DNA of 64,000 bases from Octopus vulgaris (GCA_951406725.2 OX597828.1:45322001-45386000); one strand, 5' to 3'; counted from the first letter of the stretch, positions 1-14,466 are shown. The notes: generated by a model not told the origin, from the sequence alone. Translations and numbers: made by a program.

Positions 1-18
1 AAGATGGAATAATCAATA

Positions 19-171
19 GGATTCTTACAGTTTCCATCAACTAAATCCATCAAAAGGTTTTGGTCGACTCAAGGTTGATATTGAAGACTCTTGGCTAAGG
101 TTCCATGCAGTGGGACTGAACTCAAAACCAATTGGTTGGGAAGTAAACTTCTTGACCACACAGCCACATCT
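19..171 (-). mobile_element. SINE family A, degenerate 5' half
   Basis: Diverged reverse-complement match to the 5' half of the full copies at 9441-9856 and 43202-43617. Confidence 0.75.
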
Positions 172-476
172 TCACTTATAAACCTGTCTGAAATTACTCA
201 GCAAGATGTTGGTCAAAGAGAAATGAAAATGGAAGATGTATTAGATATAGAAGCCTGCCTTATATCTTATGTGGAACGATGGGATGGACCTGGTTGGAAG
301 GTCTTTGATCATAGGTTTCTTTGATTAAGGTTGAAGGGGAAGGGTTAAGCCAAAAGGGTTAAAAAGAACAACAGTTAGCAATAGTGATGACAACAACAAT
401 GGGATTATAACAGTAACAATAATAAGCAACAATAATGACAACATCAACAACTATTACGATGACAACAGCAGCAGAA

Positions 477-879
477 GTGGAGGCGCAATGGCCCAGTGCT
501 TAGGGCAGCAGACTCGCGGTCATAAGAACGCTGTTTCAATTCCCAGACCAGGCATTATGAGTGTATATTGAGCAAAACACCTATGCTCCACAAGGCTTTG
601 GCGGAGAGCGGGATGGACCTCGCTGTACTCTTTCGCCACAACTTTCTCTCGCTCTTTCTTTCTACTTCTGCCACAAAGCAGAGGAACCATGGTGCAACCC
701 ACTCTGGTGTGGTAAAACTTTCAGACCCTAGTCTAGATTGCGAATCCTCTGTACCCCCAGGATGGTTTCAGCTCTCCACCCGTTAAAAGCCACCGTTTAC
801 GGAATGGGGATAACAACGTAGCTTTTGCACCCATGCATCCGCCAGTCTGTTGCATGGCTAATGGCATGAGTCCTGATTG
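477..879 (+). mobile_element. tRNA-derived SINE, head family B (OR1-like), with a tail ending in (GAA)n
   Basis: Head GGAGGCGCAATGGCCCAGTG..GTTTCAATTCC (A/B boxes) is shared with 30058-30445. From about 683 the 3' part differs and runs into (GAA)n. Confidence 0.8.
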
Positions 880-1002
880 GAAGAAGAAGAAGAAGAAGAA
901 GAAGAAGAAGAAGAAGAAGAAGAAGAAGAAGAAGAAGAAGAAGAAGAAGAAGAAGAAGAAGAAGAAGAAGAAGAAGAAGAAGAAGAAGAAGAAGAAGAAG
1001 AA

Positions 1003-1073
<71 letters not shown>

Positions 1074-1110
1074 AGAAGAAGAAGAAGAAGAAGAAGAAGA
1101 AGAAGAAGAA
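880..1110 (+). repeat. (GAA)n microsatellite, about 77 units with three GAG interruptions
   Basis: Directly visible. Confidence 0.99.
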
Positions 1111-2410
<1,300 letters not shown>

Positions 2411-2742
2411 CTTTAACTGAAAGCCAAATGTAGTAATGGAATCTAGGAAGCTACGAAAGATCTGTGAATGTAGTTGTTGTCCTGGTTGTAAGTATTAAAT
2501 CTCATCATATCCATCACCTTATCATTCCAGATTTAGCAGACTTATTATAGTCAACAGAGAGGAGTGGCAGATTCACTCGGTTGAGCATCCAACAGACTAC
2601 CCTATAGTATTTGATTCGGTCTCTTCACAACTTGAGCATAACTCCAGCTGGCTACAAATTTCTTCTTCGTCATTTGATAACATAAAATACCCGTCATGTG
2701 GAGAGCTCGGTTTAATTAACTCCAACCCTAATTAACTGTTGG

Positions 2743-3260
2743 TTTCAAATTTTGGCCCAAGGTCAGCAATTTTATGGAAGGTGTGTAAGCCGAATACTTC
2801 AACCTCAGTGATCTACTGAGTGCTTTTTTGTTGCTCCCAAAATGATGAAAGTGGTGGCACATGGCCTAGTGGTTCAAGCAGCGGCCTTGCAGTTGAGGGA
2901 TCGCAGGTTCGAATCTCAGACCAGGTGATGTGTGTGTTTATGAGTGAAACACCTAAGCTCCGCATGGCTCCGGCAGAAGGTAACGGTGAACTTCTGCTAA
3001 CTCTTCTGCTACAACTTTTTCTCACTCTTTCCTCCTGCATCTAGCAGCTCACCTGCAAAGGACCAGCATCCCATCCAGGTGGGGAACCTATATGCCAATG
3101 AAACTGGGAAACCGGATTTTATGAGCCAGGCATGGATCGAGAAGGAACAAACAACAACAAAATGATGAAAGGCAAAGAGTTGACCCCAGAACTCGAAGAC
3201 GGATAGAATGCTGCTAAGCATTTTGTCTAGCATGTTGATGATTCAGCCAACTTGCTCCTT
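2743..3260 (-). mobile_element. SINE family D (old copy), interrupted by a family-B SINE
   Basis: Halves 2743-2851 and 3158-3260 match 35660-35894 and 49305-49525; split at a 14-bp duplication. Confidence 0.75.
2852..3157 (+). mobile_element. tRNA-derived SINE, head family B variant, (CAA)n tail, 14-bp TSD
   Basis: A box TGGCCTAGTGG, B box GGTTCGAATCTC; TSD CAAAATGATGAAAG at 2838-2851 and 3158-3171. Confidence 0.9.
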
Positions 3261-3439
3261 TATTCCAATTGAATGCTAGTCAGTCGATCCAATAAGCTTG
3301 TCCCCATATCAGCGAAAGGGTTGGTGTACTGTGGACCCGTCAAGCATAAGGCCCTGAAATTGCACATTCTGTACTGATGATCCTCCTAGAGATTATAGGT
3401 TTCCTGTATAAGAAATATTCAGCTGAAAGCTCTCGTACA

Positions 3440-3476
<37 letters not shown>

Positions 3477-3712
3477 TTATTTGAGGGAATAAAATCCAAA
3501 CTTACAAGGTAAAAGAATTCAATCTAGAAATACTAAATCGAATTCCACACAATATAATATATATTTTTGTAATTTACTTAATCTTTACTTTTTAATTGTT
3601 ATTTTAATTTTAACTTTTCTATTATATGTAATTTTCTAGATGGTGTAATTTAATTATTCATTTTGAATTGATAAAAGGAGGTGGTTTTTTTCTAATATTT
3701 TATATATATATG

Positions 3713-3756
<44 letters not shown>

Positions 3757-4161
3757 AGTATCTTTTGAATTTTGATGGGAAACATTTTGAATATACAAAT
3801 AAAGCTCCTATTCTATTATACCCACCACAGTCTAATGATGCTGACTTGTCAGCCAGTTTTTTGTGGGTTACATCAAGCTGTACTGATATAATGTGGGATA
3901 TATATGATAATGGATGGAATTCATAAACATTTAATGCATCACTGTGCACGCTTCCACAAATCACGTCTCTTAAGATCACAATCTGTGATCCTGGCATGGT
4001 TACGATGTGGACCCCTGGGATACCGTGGACTACACTATAGTCATTCCTGGAGTACAGACTGTGATCTTAAGGGACATGTTATTTGTGGAAGCGCATGAAG
4101 AGATGAATTAAATATTTATAAATTCCCTCCAAGGATTATTGTTATTATTATACATACATAC

Positions 4162-4202
<41 letters not shown>

Positions 4203-4204
4203 GA

Positions 4205-4490
4205 TTTTTTTTCGTAATGAGATAAAAAACCCAAGGTTGTGTAGATTTTAGAACATTTATAGATAGAAGGTCATATAGCTGTTTCCAGGATGATTATTAA
4301 TTATATCCCTTCATCGGAGACGGTGTGAGAGGTTGGTTATATCTAATTTAACTATTACTTAACCATCCTCTCACAGTCTTCGATGAGGGGATACAATAAA
4401 TATCTTGCAAACAGCTGTAAGACCTTCTATCTATGAATGTTCTAAAATCTACACAGCCTTGGTTTTTTATCTCATTACAAAATAAAAAAA
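4205..4490. mobile_element. Inverted pair of Penelope-like pseudo-LTR fragments, each with a hammerhead motif
   Basis: Arms about 4205-4337 and 4361-4490 are reverse complements; each has GTCT-(C/T)CGATGA-stem-G(C)AAAC-AGCT-(G/A)TA-(A/T)GAC. Confidence 0.7.
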
Positions 4491-4646
4491 TTTTATATAC
4501 ACACGCTGACATATGACCAATGTTAACCCCCTTATTCGCATAATCACCGAACCTGGAACTTAACTGCAGTCCATCTATAGCACTTATTCAGCATTACCTT
4601 TGGGTCTATGCCACCATTACCTGTCAAAACCTCCATATATGTATAT

Positions 4647-4905
4647 ATCATCATCATCATCATCCTCATCATCATTGTTTAACATCTGTTTTCCCTGCTA
4701 GCATGGGTTGGACGGTTTGACCGGAGTCTGGGAAGCCAGGAGGCTGCACCAGTCTCCAGTCTGCTCTGTCAGTGTTTCTACAGCTGGATGCCCTTCCTAA
4801 CACCAACCACTCCATGAGTGTAGTGGGTGCTTTTTACATGCCAGGTGGGGCTGGCAATGGCCACGATCTGTTGGTGCTTTTTACGTGCCACTGGCACAGA
4901 AGCTA
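4647..4905 (-). mobile_element. RTE LINE 3' UTR fragment with (GAT)n tail
   Basis: Reverse-complement match to 57460-57812 (GGTTGGYGTTAGGAAGGGCATCCAGC...CCCATGCTAGCA...GTTAAAC-GATGAT). Confidence 0.85.
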
Positions 4906-5005
4906 AACGATGATGATGATGATGATGATGATATATATATATATATATATACACAGGTGGGTATAGAGGCATTGATGTAGCAACATTTGAAATATTGTCC
5001 AGGCA

Positions 5006-5080
5006 AATCTAGCTGAAGAAGACTAATCAAATTTACGATGACAAGCGTATTTGAAGAGTTCAAGTCCTAGGTACTAGATT
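5006..5080 (+). ncRNA. Decayed hammerhead motif (GAAA box deleted)
   Basis: Stem I AATCTAG/CTAGATT, CTGAAGA, stem II GACT/AGTC, palindrome CTAG, GTA triplet; no GAAA. Confidence 0.5.
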
Positions 5081-5336
5081 ATCCGATACTGGGTTGTCCA
5101 TTTATCTAATGTTCTTTCTAGAAGTAAGACGATATCTTTTGTGCTCGCTGCCTGCACATATCTTTGCCAGTATATATACAGTGAAGCTTTACTATATCAT
5201 AGTAAATTTATCGACTGCTATTTCCAGTAAACATTGGTGCCTTGTACCACTATTCTGTCTACATACATACATACATATATATATATTATACATATATATA
5301 TTTACACACATACATATATATATTTACATGCATATA

Positions 5337-5373
<37 letters not shown>

Positions 5374-5562
5374 TATATATATATATATATACAGTATATA
5401 TATATATATATATATACAGTATATATATATATATGCACACACACACACACATGTATGCATATCAGCTTGGAAAACGGACATTAAATGGTGATGATGATGA
5501 CATATATATTCATGATGTAATTATATATATCATATGTGTCTATGATTACATGTGTAAGTGTG

Positions 5563-5632
<70 letters not shown>

Positions 5633-6370
5633 TGCATGTGTGTTTTGCCAGTATGAGTCAGTGAATGATGCAATTTTTTTTTTAAGAAAACATGGAAAAA
5701 AAAACAGAAAACACTTATTCACTTTCAATATTTGTTCTGCACCAAATTACAGACACTCCCTTATGAAACTCTCTTATGAATAATGAGAGTTTGTAATGAA
5801 CTTATAAGAAAATACATTAGTGGGTTCTTATGAGAAAAATTAGAGATAAGCGTTATAACATGTGAATCTTTTTCTTGAATAAAAAGTATAAAAACAGCAG
5901 CCCTCAGAGATGGTATCAGGTTCTTAATCTCATCCCAGAACTGATCCAATTGATTCATCATTTTTCGTGCATATACCCTGAAACATTCTGACGTATAAAG
6001 TCAAACTGACAATACTATCCTACCAATTCTCTTAACCATATTGAATGATATTGTTGAATTACTGGACGAAATATTAGCCCATGACTAATATTATTAATCT
6101 CTTTATTTGTTCTGTCAAATTATAATTTTTTTTTGTAGGGGAGGGCAAAACTTTGGACATGTTTCTACTTTATCATGGCTTCATCAGCAGAAATCTAACA
6201 TTGGTGCTCTGATTTGCCAATGAATTATAACTAAATAACTATATTGAGATATAAAAGTTGTTGGAGTATATATATATATAAATACATGTATATTTATATA
6301 TGTATGTATATATGTGTATATATATATATTTATGTATGTATATATGTATATATGTATATATATGTATGTA

Positions 6371-6439
<69 letters not shown>

Positions 6440-6674
6440 TCATACTTACATATATATGTAGGCGTGTTGATGCAAACAGGAAAAGATAGAACTCAAAACG
6501 TGAGTATATGTATATTTCGTTTGATATTTAGTAGAAGCAAGAGAGTGACTCAGTGTCTGAGAGTTTTGTGCATTGGCACTTAACGCACAAAGCACTTGGA
6601 CCATGAGTCACTCTGTTGCTGCTACTAAATATAAATAAATAGATAAATAAATATATATATGTGTGTGATATATA

Positions 6675-7090
6675 TACTCTCTTTACTCTTTTACTTGTTT
6701 CAGTCACTTGACTGTGGCCATGCTGGAGCACCGCCTTTAGACGAGCAAATCAACCCCGGGACTTATTCTTTGTAAGCCCAGTACTTATTCTGTCGGTCTC
6801 TTTTGCCGAACCGCTGAGTGACGGGGACGTAAACACACCAGCATCGGTTGTCAAGCAATGCTAGGGGGACAAACACAGACACTCAAACATATATACATAC
6901 ACACATATATATATATACATATATACGACAGGCTTCTTTCAGTTTCCGTCTACCAAATCCACTCACAAGGCATTGGTCGGCCTGGGGCTATAGTAGAAGA
7001 CACTTGCCCAAGATGCCACGCAGTGGGGCTGAACCCGGAACCATGTGGTTGGTAAGCAAGCTACTTACCACACAGCCACTCCTGCACCTA
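6675..7090 (-). mobile_element. SINE family A, full length
   Basis: tRNA-like head, internal (TA/TG)n, CR1-like tail with (GAGTAAAA)n-type end. Confidence 0.93.
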
Positions 7091-7407
7091 TATTTATGAT
7101 ATGTATTTTCCATACATTTAACATGTGGAAAATTTAAAAGTTATACAAGAATTCTATATACAGAAAGTAAACACAACAAAAAGAAAAAGAAAAATGGTCA
7201 ATGGATGATATAATTATTTTCATTTAGGGCATAGATGAAGAAGCATCAAGAAATAAGTAACTGAGTCTTTATTCACAGTGTATCTTGAAAGGCGCTGTGT
7301 GGGGACCAATATGTCAAAGACTAGACCCAACATTTCCTGAGCATGTCATAAAAGGTAAGTAAATGAGGTTGAGGTAGGATTTGTACTCCGACTTTGTAAA
7401 ACCCCAG

Positions 7408-7800
7408 CCATATGGCCTGAAATTTTGTGGGAGGAGGCCAGTTGATTAGATCGACCCGAGTATGCAACTGGTACTTAATTTATCAACCTTGAAAGAATAA
7501 AAGGCAATGTCGACCTCAGTGGAATTTGATCTAAGAATGTAAAGACAGAAGAAATACCGCTAAGTATTTCACCTGGCATGCTAACGTTTCTTATTTCTTT
7601 ACTGCTCACAAGGAGCTGCACACAGAGGGGACAAACAAGGACAGACAAACAGATTAGGTCGATTATATCGTCCCCAGTGTATAACTGGTACTTATTTAAT
7701 CGACCCCGAAAGGATGAAAGGTAAAGTTGACCTCGGCAGAATTTGAACTGAGAATGTAGCGGCAGACGAAATACCGCTAAGCATTTCGCCCGGCGTGATA
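7408..7800 (-). mobile_element. SINE family D head-to-tail dimer with two different tails
   Basis: Two successive GGTACTTA-TTTATCGACCCCGAAAGGATGAAAGG..GACCTCGGC..ATTTGAACT units. Confidence 0.85.
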
Positions 7801-8529
7801 ATGATTTTTCCCACCCTCATCCCTAATGATGTGTGTGTCTAGCAACAAAGATGGACATTCTGAGTACAATGACAAATGGAAGTAGTGGCAATGATGCTTG
7901 ATGGGAAGTTCTGAGCATGCGGTCCTAACTGATGCTGCATTATTGAGATGATGATAATGATAATAGTGACAGTGATGCATGCTTTGTGCGTGGGGCTGGA
8001 GGTGATGTATATCACATGATTTTATACACCTGCCAATATATAAAACCTGTAATCAACTCTCTGTATCCAAGTTTCCACTGGCATAATGGACTGAAGTTGT
8101 CGGTGGTGGTTTCCGATTATCGAACCCTGAGTAATTAGCTATCTATTGCTAACGAACACAAGTAAAAGAACCGTTGTAACCAACAATTAGACTGGTATGA
8201 AAAAAATCCTCCGCCTCCTCTTCATCTTCATTATCATCATCATCATCAACTTTCTTTTGTTTCCTGCCTGACCACCATCTCTTTCTCACGTTCTCTTTCA
8301 CTCTCTCTCCTAATACATATGTGTGTGTGTGTGTGCGTGTGTGTGTATATGTGTGTGCATATGTGTGTGCATGTGTGTGTGTGTGTATATATATATATAT
8401 CCTCCTCTTCCTCATCATCGTCATCAACATCATCATCATCATCATCATCATCGTCATCAACATCATCAACAACAACATCATCATCATCATCATCATCATC
8501 ATCGTCATCAACATCATCATCATCATTAT

Positions 8530-8816
8530 CATGCGTACCTCTTTGGTGTCGCTGGCACAGGTGCCATTCACATGCCATCAACACTGGTCGCGACCTTGAT
8601 TTCACTGAACTTGACGTGGTTCCTCAAGCACAGCAAATTGCAAATGGCCTCAGTCAATCGTCTTCACCTCCATCATACTTTCTCACCTCATCCCATACCT
8701 TCCAGGGTCTACCTCTTCCACAGGTTCTCTCTACAGTTCCTGATCAGCACTTCTTTACGCAGCTTTCCTCATGCATGTGCATCACATGACCATTCCGGTG
8801 CAGTTTTCTCACTTGC
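8530..8816 (-). pseudogene. Decayed RTE-clade LINE ORF C-terminus plus start of 3' UTR
   Basis: Minus strand reads ..GHVMHMHEESCVKKC*SGTVERTCGRGRPWKVWDEV, matching the RTE C-terminal GHV..RGRP..TW motif. Confidence 0.8.
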
Positions 8817-8828
8817 ATGCACACACAC

Positions 8829-9165
8829 GCCTCCTTATGAGAGCTCAAAATCTCTCGTGGAAGCGCCATCCAACCAAAATACAAATATATGGGAAACTAC
8901 CACCTGTGTCATCTCTTGTGAAAGGTAGGAGAGTCCAGTTTGCTGGACATTGTTGTAGAGCTAAAAACAAGGCAATTTCTACTCTTCTCCTCTGGAAGCC
9001 ATCTACTCGCAATACCAGAGGGCGCACACTCTCCTACCCTGATGTAATCTCCAGGGATACAGGCATCCAGCAACAGGACCTCCGTAATGCTATGATGGAC
9101 CGTGAAGTCTGGTGTAGCATGGTAAATTCCATTGTCTCGACCACGGTCGAACAATGATGATGATG
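8829..9165 (+). pseudogene. 5'-truncated RTE-group LINE (second family), intact C-terminus, (TGA)n tail
   Basis: RLLMRAQNLSWKRHPTKIQIYGKLPPVSSLVKGRRVQFAGHC..RGRTLSY..DREVW; candidate TSD ATGCACACACAC at 8817-8828 and 9166-9177. Confidence 0.88.
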
Positions 9166-9167
9166 AT

Positions 9168-9222
<55 letters not shown>

Positions 9223-9340
9223 TACATATACATACAGGATGATTCAAAAGTCACCATACATAGGAACATTTTATCTTTTTTATAAGGAACAGTTTATAAG
9301 AACAGATTTTTTTTTTTTTATCTAACAGGCTCTTCTATAT

Positions 9341-9975
9341 CAGTGCTTTTCAAACTTTTTGCTGGAGCGGAACCCCAAGGAAACATTCTACTGGCTTGAG
9401 GAACCCCTGTGCAATAATTTAATAATTTTATGCACACATATAGGCGCAGGAGTGGCTGTGTGGTAAGTAGCTTGTTTACCAACAACATGATTCTGGGTTC
9501 AGTCCAACTGTGTGGCACCTTGGGAAAGTGTCTTCTACTATAGCCTCAGGCCGACCAAAGCCTTGTGAGTGGATTTGGTAGACGGAAACTGAAAGAAGCC
9601 TGTCGTATATATGTATGTATATATATGTGTGTGTGTGTGTGTTTGTGTGTCTGTTTGTCCCCCTAGCATTGCTTGACAACCGATGCTGGTGTGTTTACGT
9701 CCCCGTCACTTAGCGGTTCGGCAAAAGTGACCGATAGAATAAGTACTGGGCTTACAAAGAATAAGTCCCGGGGTCGATTTGCTCGTCTAAAGGCGGTGCT
9801 CCAGCATGGCCGCAGTCAAGTGACTGAAACAAGTAAAAGAGAAAAAAGAGAGTATATCTGCACAGGAGAATTAAAAATTACTGCCGATTTTAGCAGTTTT
9901 GTAACTTCTTGCGGAACCCCTGGACTGTACTGGCGGAACCCTAAGGTTCCGCGGAACCCTGGTTAAAAACCACTG
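9341..9975 (+). mobile_element. hAT (Charlie-like) MITE, interrupted by a family-A SINE
   Basis: TIRs CAGTGCTTTTCAA / TTAAAAACCACTG; perfect 8-bp TSD TTCTATAT (9333-40, 9976-83); intact copy at 37126-37344. Confidence 0.93.
9441..9856 (+). mobile_element. SINE family A, full length, nested in the hAT MITE
   Basis: Removing it restores the MITE sequence seen at 37241-37256. Confidence 0.95.
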
Positions 9976-10499
9976 TTCTATATGGTAGTAAAGATTGTAA
10001 GCTTCAAAAATAGTAAGATTCTATATGGTTACCATTGTCTTGAATACACAATGCAATACGTTAACCCAACTCATTGTGAACTCATAATAACACGCCTGGT
10101 GATACGTATGCAAATGAGTTCATGATGCGTTCCTTCAAATGATTTATGTCTTTCATCTTTCCGCGATACACCATGCCTTTCAAATTCCCCCAAAGATAGA
10201 AATCAAGAGTTGTCAGATCAGGGGATCCAGGGGATCTTAGAAACTGTTTCTTATGAAAAAATAAATTTTTCCTATGTATGGAGACTTTTGAATCACCCTG
10301 TATATACATATATGTTAGCTTTCAGTACTTGTGGCTGAGTTGATTTTGACTCCTATTTCTAGCAAAACTGGTGCTATCTAGTACCCTTATTAATGCATTT
10401 GCCTTATGGTCTTTTTGCTAACTAGCCATCTATATTATCATTATATATTAATAATAATGTCATTATTATTTATTTATATATATATACATACACATACAT

Positions 10500-10622
<123 letters not shown>

Positions 10623-10716
10623 TATGCATGTATATATTTATATCTATCTGTCTGTCTGTCTATCTATCTGTGTGTGTGTGTGTGTGTGTACATGTATGTT
10701 AGGGTGCTAGTTGGTA

Positions 10717-10747
<31 letters not shown>

Positions 10748-11090
10748 CGTTGTCTACTCATAGGGAAATATTAGCTTATTTAGAAACATGCAAGGACATC
10801 CAGCCAAGGAAAAAATATCTGCCTGAACTAATTATGTTTCGACCAGGAAAAATGGATGTTAAAGCAATAATGATGATGATGACAGAGGTGGCAACGTCGA
10901 TGACGACGACGATGATGATGTTGATGATGATGATGATGATGATGATATTTGTCATATCATGCTTGTATTCCATTCATACTTATATATTATATCACATTTA
11001 TAGACCATTTTGATTGATGGGTCTTGTCATATCCATAGACTATATCGTATATATGACGTGTTATGTATATATATATATATACATAGATAT

Positions 11091-11137
<47 letters not shown>

Positions 11138-11297
11138 AGAGAGAGAGAAGAGGATGGGAAGAGAGAGGGAGATAGAGACCATGTAACATCCATTGGTCAG
11201 TCATATGTATGGACATTGGTATATCTCTAATCTATGCCACACATATATATCTTTCAGGACTCAGCACATCTATCAACCAGAGTATATCAGTTCCATA

Positions 11298-11341
<44 letters not shown>

Positions 11342-11348
<7 letters not shown>

Positions 11349-11530
11349 TATTAGAGACAAAACCACTATTTTGCAAAACAAACAAGGAAAGACTTAATCA
11401 ATACATAAAATTTTAATAAATAGTCAAAAAAACCGCCACTACAATTGTTTCTTGTCTTGATCGACAATCTTCAGGTGGACTTCCAATAAGTCAGTTTCAA
11501 ATTATGAATATTTGAATATTTATAAACCGT
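11342..11530 (-). mobile_element. Penelope-like pseudo-LTR fragment abutting (TA)n
   Basis: Contains the hammerhead at 11436-11478; one end fused to a (TA)n tract. Confidence 0.6.
11436..11478 (-). ncRNA. Minimal type-I hammerhead ribozyme motif with complete core
   Basis: Minus strand CCAC CTGAAGA TTGTC gatcaa GACAA GAAA CAATTG TA GTGG: stems I and II, palindromic stem III, GUA cleavage triplet. Confidence 0.85.
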
Positions 11531-11807
11531 GTTATATCTATGAGATACTATATTATCTCTCCTTACTGCCAATTCATGCATTTTTGGGTCACACATCAAC
11601 CTTGCCAATTTTTACAGTTGTCTCCTGCTCTTCCTTACCTTCGCTCTTTGTAATTATTCACCCACTTCAGCATTGTCCATTTATGACAATCCCTTACTCT
11701 CCCATACAACCTCTACCCACCCACATTCTTGGTTCCCCTCTTTCTACACACTTCTACTTCATACCTTGGGGGTTACCCCCACCGTAACACTTCATCGCTA
11801 TTATTTT

Positions 11808-11956
11808 TTTCTGTTACTTATTTCAGACATTAGACTGCGGCCATGCTGGGGCACCACATTGAATAATTTTTTAGTTGAATGTACCAACCGCAGTACTTAT
11901 CTTTTCTAAATCCTGACACTTATTTTATCAGCCTCTTTTGCTGAACCACTAAGTTG
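11808..11956 (-). mobile_element. SINE family A, old 3' half
   Basis: GACTGCGGCCATGCTGGGGCACC tail motif and GCTGAACCACTAAGTT. Confidence 0.75.
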
Positions 11957-12330
11957 CATATATAGTTGTTTGAATATTAACGAGATACTATATGGTCTCT
12001 TCTTACACCCAGTATACCACACAACCATGCCTGCACCTCGTCACCATTAAGTTCTTATCTTTCCCCAGCTCCACCGCTAACACTCTCCTCTCCTTTTCTA
12101 TAGTGTAAGTAACCACATAGCTCTTTCTTCAGCATGAAACCTGTTCAGTTCTGGACCCTTCTTTCACACTTTAAATTCTCTCTTAATAGCACAAAACCCA
12201 CTGCGCTCTTTACAGCAGCCCCTCACAGTCAAATCACTTGAAAGAGCGGGTAGTCTTTCAGACTGCATGGTGACAACATTAGCTGGTATCACGCATACAA
12301 AAAAAGAAAGAATTTTGTGCATGCATACAA

Positions 12331-12861
<531 letters not shown>

Positions 12862-13499
12862 ATGCTCTAAAGAGGTTGGAATCAGGAAGGACATCGAGCT
12901 GTTGACACCATGCCAGAACAGATATTGGAGTTCAACACGACCTTCAAACAAATCTCATTCTTTCAAACAATCCATAGCATGTCTTAATGGAATATGGACA
13001 TTAAATGATGATGATGATGATGGTAGTGGTGATGGTGATGGTGATGGTGATGACCAGGTCACAGCACAGGTTTGGTTTATTATTTTATGAAACTTCAGAT
13101 GTAAGCGAGGCATAGTTGACCTTGACAGGACTGACCCCTAGCGTGCAAAGTATGAACAAGTATTTCCAAGGTATTTGGTCCTTTGCTCTTATAACTGTGC
13201 CAGTTTGCCATCTTAATTATATAAATTATAGACTAATTATAATTATAATTGGTTCAAATTGTACTGGTGTATATTTGGCCCTTTCTATTTTACTGGGTTG
13301 GGTAAGAAAATAACTAACAGTAAGAATATTGGTGAGTTGGTGGGTGTTTAATCAAGCGTGTCAATGTTCGCTTAGGAAAGACCGAGAGTAAAACAACAAA
13401 AACAAACTAAAAACCAGGCCTTCCGCAGAACCATACCGAAATCTTCAGCCTCACCCACGTACTCCTCCTCATCATCAGAAACATCGTCATTGTCATGAC

Positions 13500-13845
13500 C
13501 AACATGTTTGCTTGTATATTACTATCATTATCATCATCATCATCATCATCATCATCATTATCATCTTCATCATTCCCATCACTGTTATCATAGCCATTAT
13601 CATCATCATCATCATCATCATCATTATAGTCATCACCAACAGTAACAAAAACAGCAATGACAGTTTTACCATTAGCGTCAGCATCAGCATCATCATCGTC
13701 GTCATCACAGTTGTCATCCTCCTCTTGCTCCTGCTCCTCCCCCTCCTCCTCCCCATCATCATCATCATCACAATCAACAGCAGCAGTTTTGCTATGGAAC
13801 TCATCATTCTTCTCATCACTGGCATCGTCGTCATTGTTGTTGATG

Positions 13846-13882
<37 letters not shown>

Positions 13883-14153
13883 TGTCATTATCACTAGCAG
13901 CAGCAGCAGCAACAACAATAACAACAACAACAGTTTTACTATTAGCTACAGCATCATCCTCGTTGCCATCGTCATTATCATCAGCCTCATCGTCATCATC
14001 ATCATCATCATCATCATTATCATCATCACCATCATCATCATCATCATCCTCATCATAATCATCATCACCATCATCATCACGATGACCAGCAACAGCAACA
14101 ACGACAGCAGTTTTGCTATCGACTTCATCATCATTTCCCATCACCGTCATCAC

Positions 14154-14185
<32 letters not shown>

Positions 14186-14340
14186 CCATCATTGTCATCA
14201 TCGTCATCACCCTTATCGTCATCACCAGCAGTAACAACAACAGCAACAGTTTTTTCTATTAGCTCCAGCATCATCCTCATCGTCGTCATCATCATCATCA
14301 TCATCATCATCCTCCTCCTCATCCTCATCATCATTCTCTG
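13500..14340. repeat. Higher-order repeat: five units of (CAT)n + (CAA/CAG)n + CAGTTTT(G/A/T)CTAT
   Basis: Anchor motif near 13661, 13784, 13931, 14108 and 14247, spaced about 120-180 bp. Confidence 0.8.
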
Positions 14341-14466
14341 TTGGTCTTGTTTGTGTTGTCACTGTTACTGTTGCCACAGCTATTACGACTACCTATGTTG
14401 ACTTACTGCTACCACCACCACCACCACCACCACCACCACCACCACCACCAACCACCGCCGCCATCG

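Larger units (their letters stand above)
9235..10300 (-). mobile_element. Internally deleted Tc1/mariner-superfamily DNA transposon
   Basis: About 31-bp TIRs CAGG(A/G)TGATTCAAAAGTC(A/T)CCATACATAGGA, TA flanks at 9233-34 and 10301-02; remnant SPDLTTLDFYLWGNLKGMVY..HLKERI at 10082-10240. Confidence 0.92.

Noticed and set aside
3370-3440. CTGATGA...GAAAGCTCTC hammerhead candidate
   Set aside because: No stem II and stem I is out of register; at best a heavily decayed remnant.
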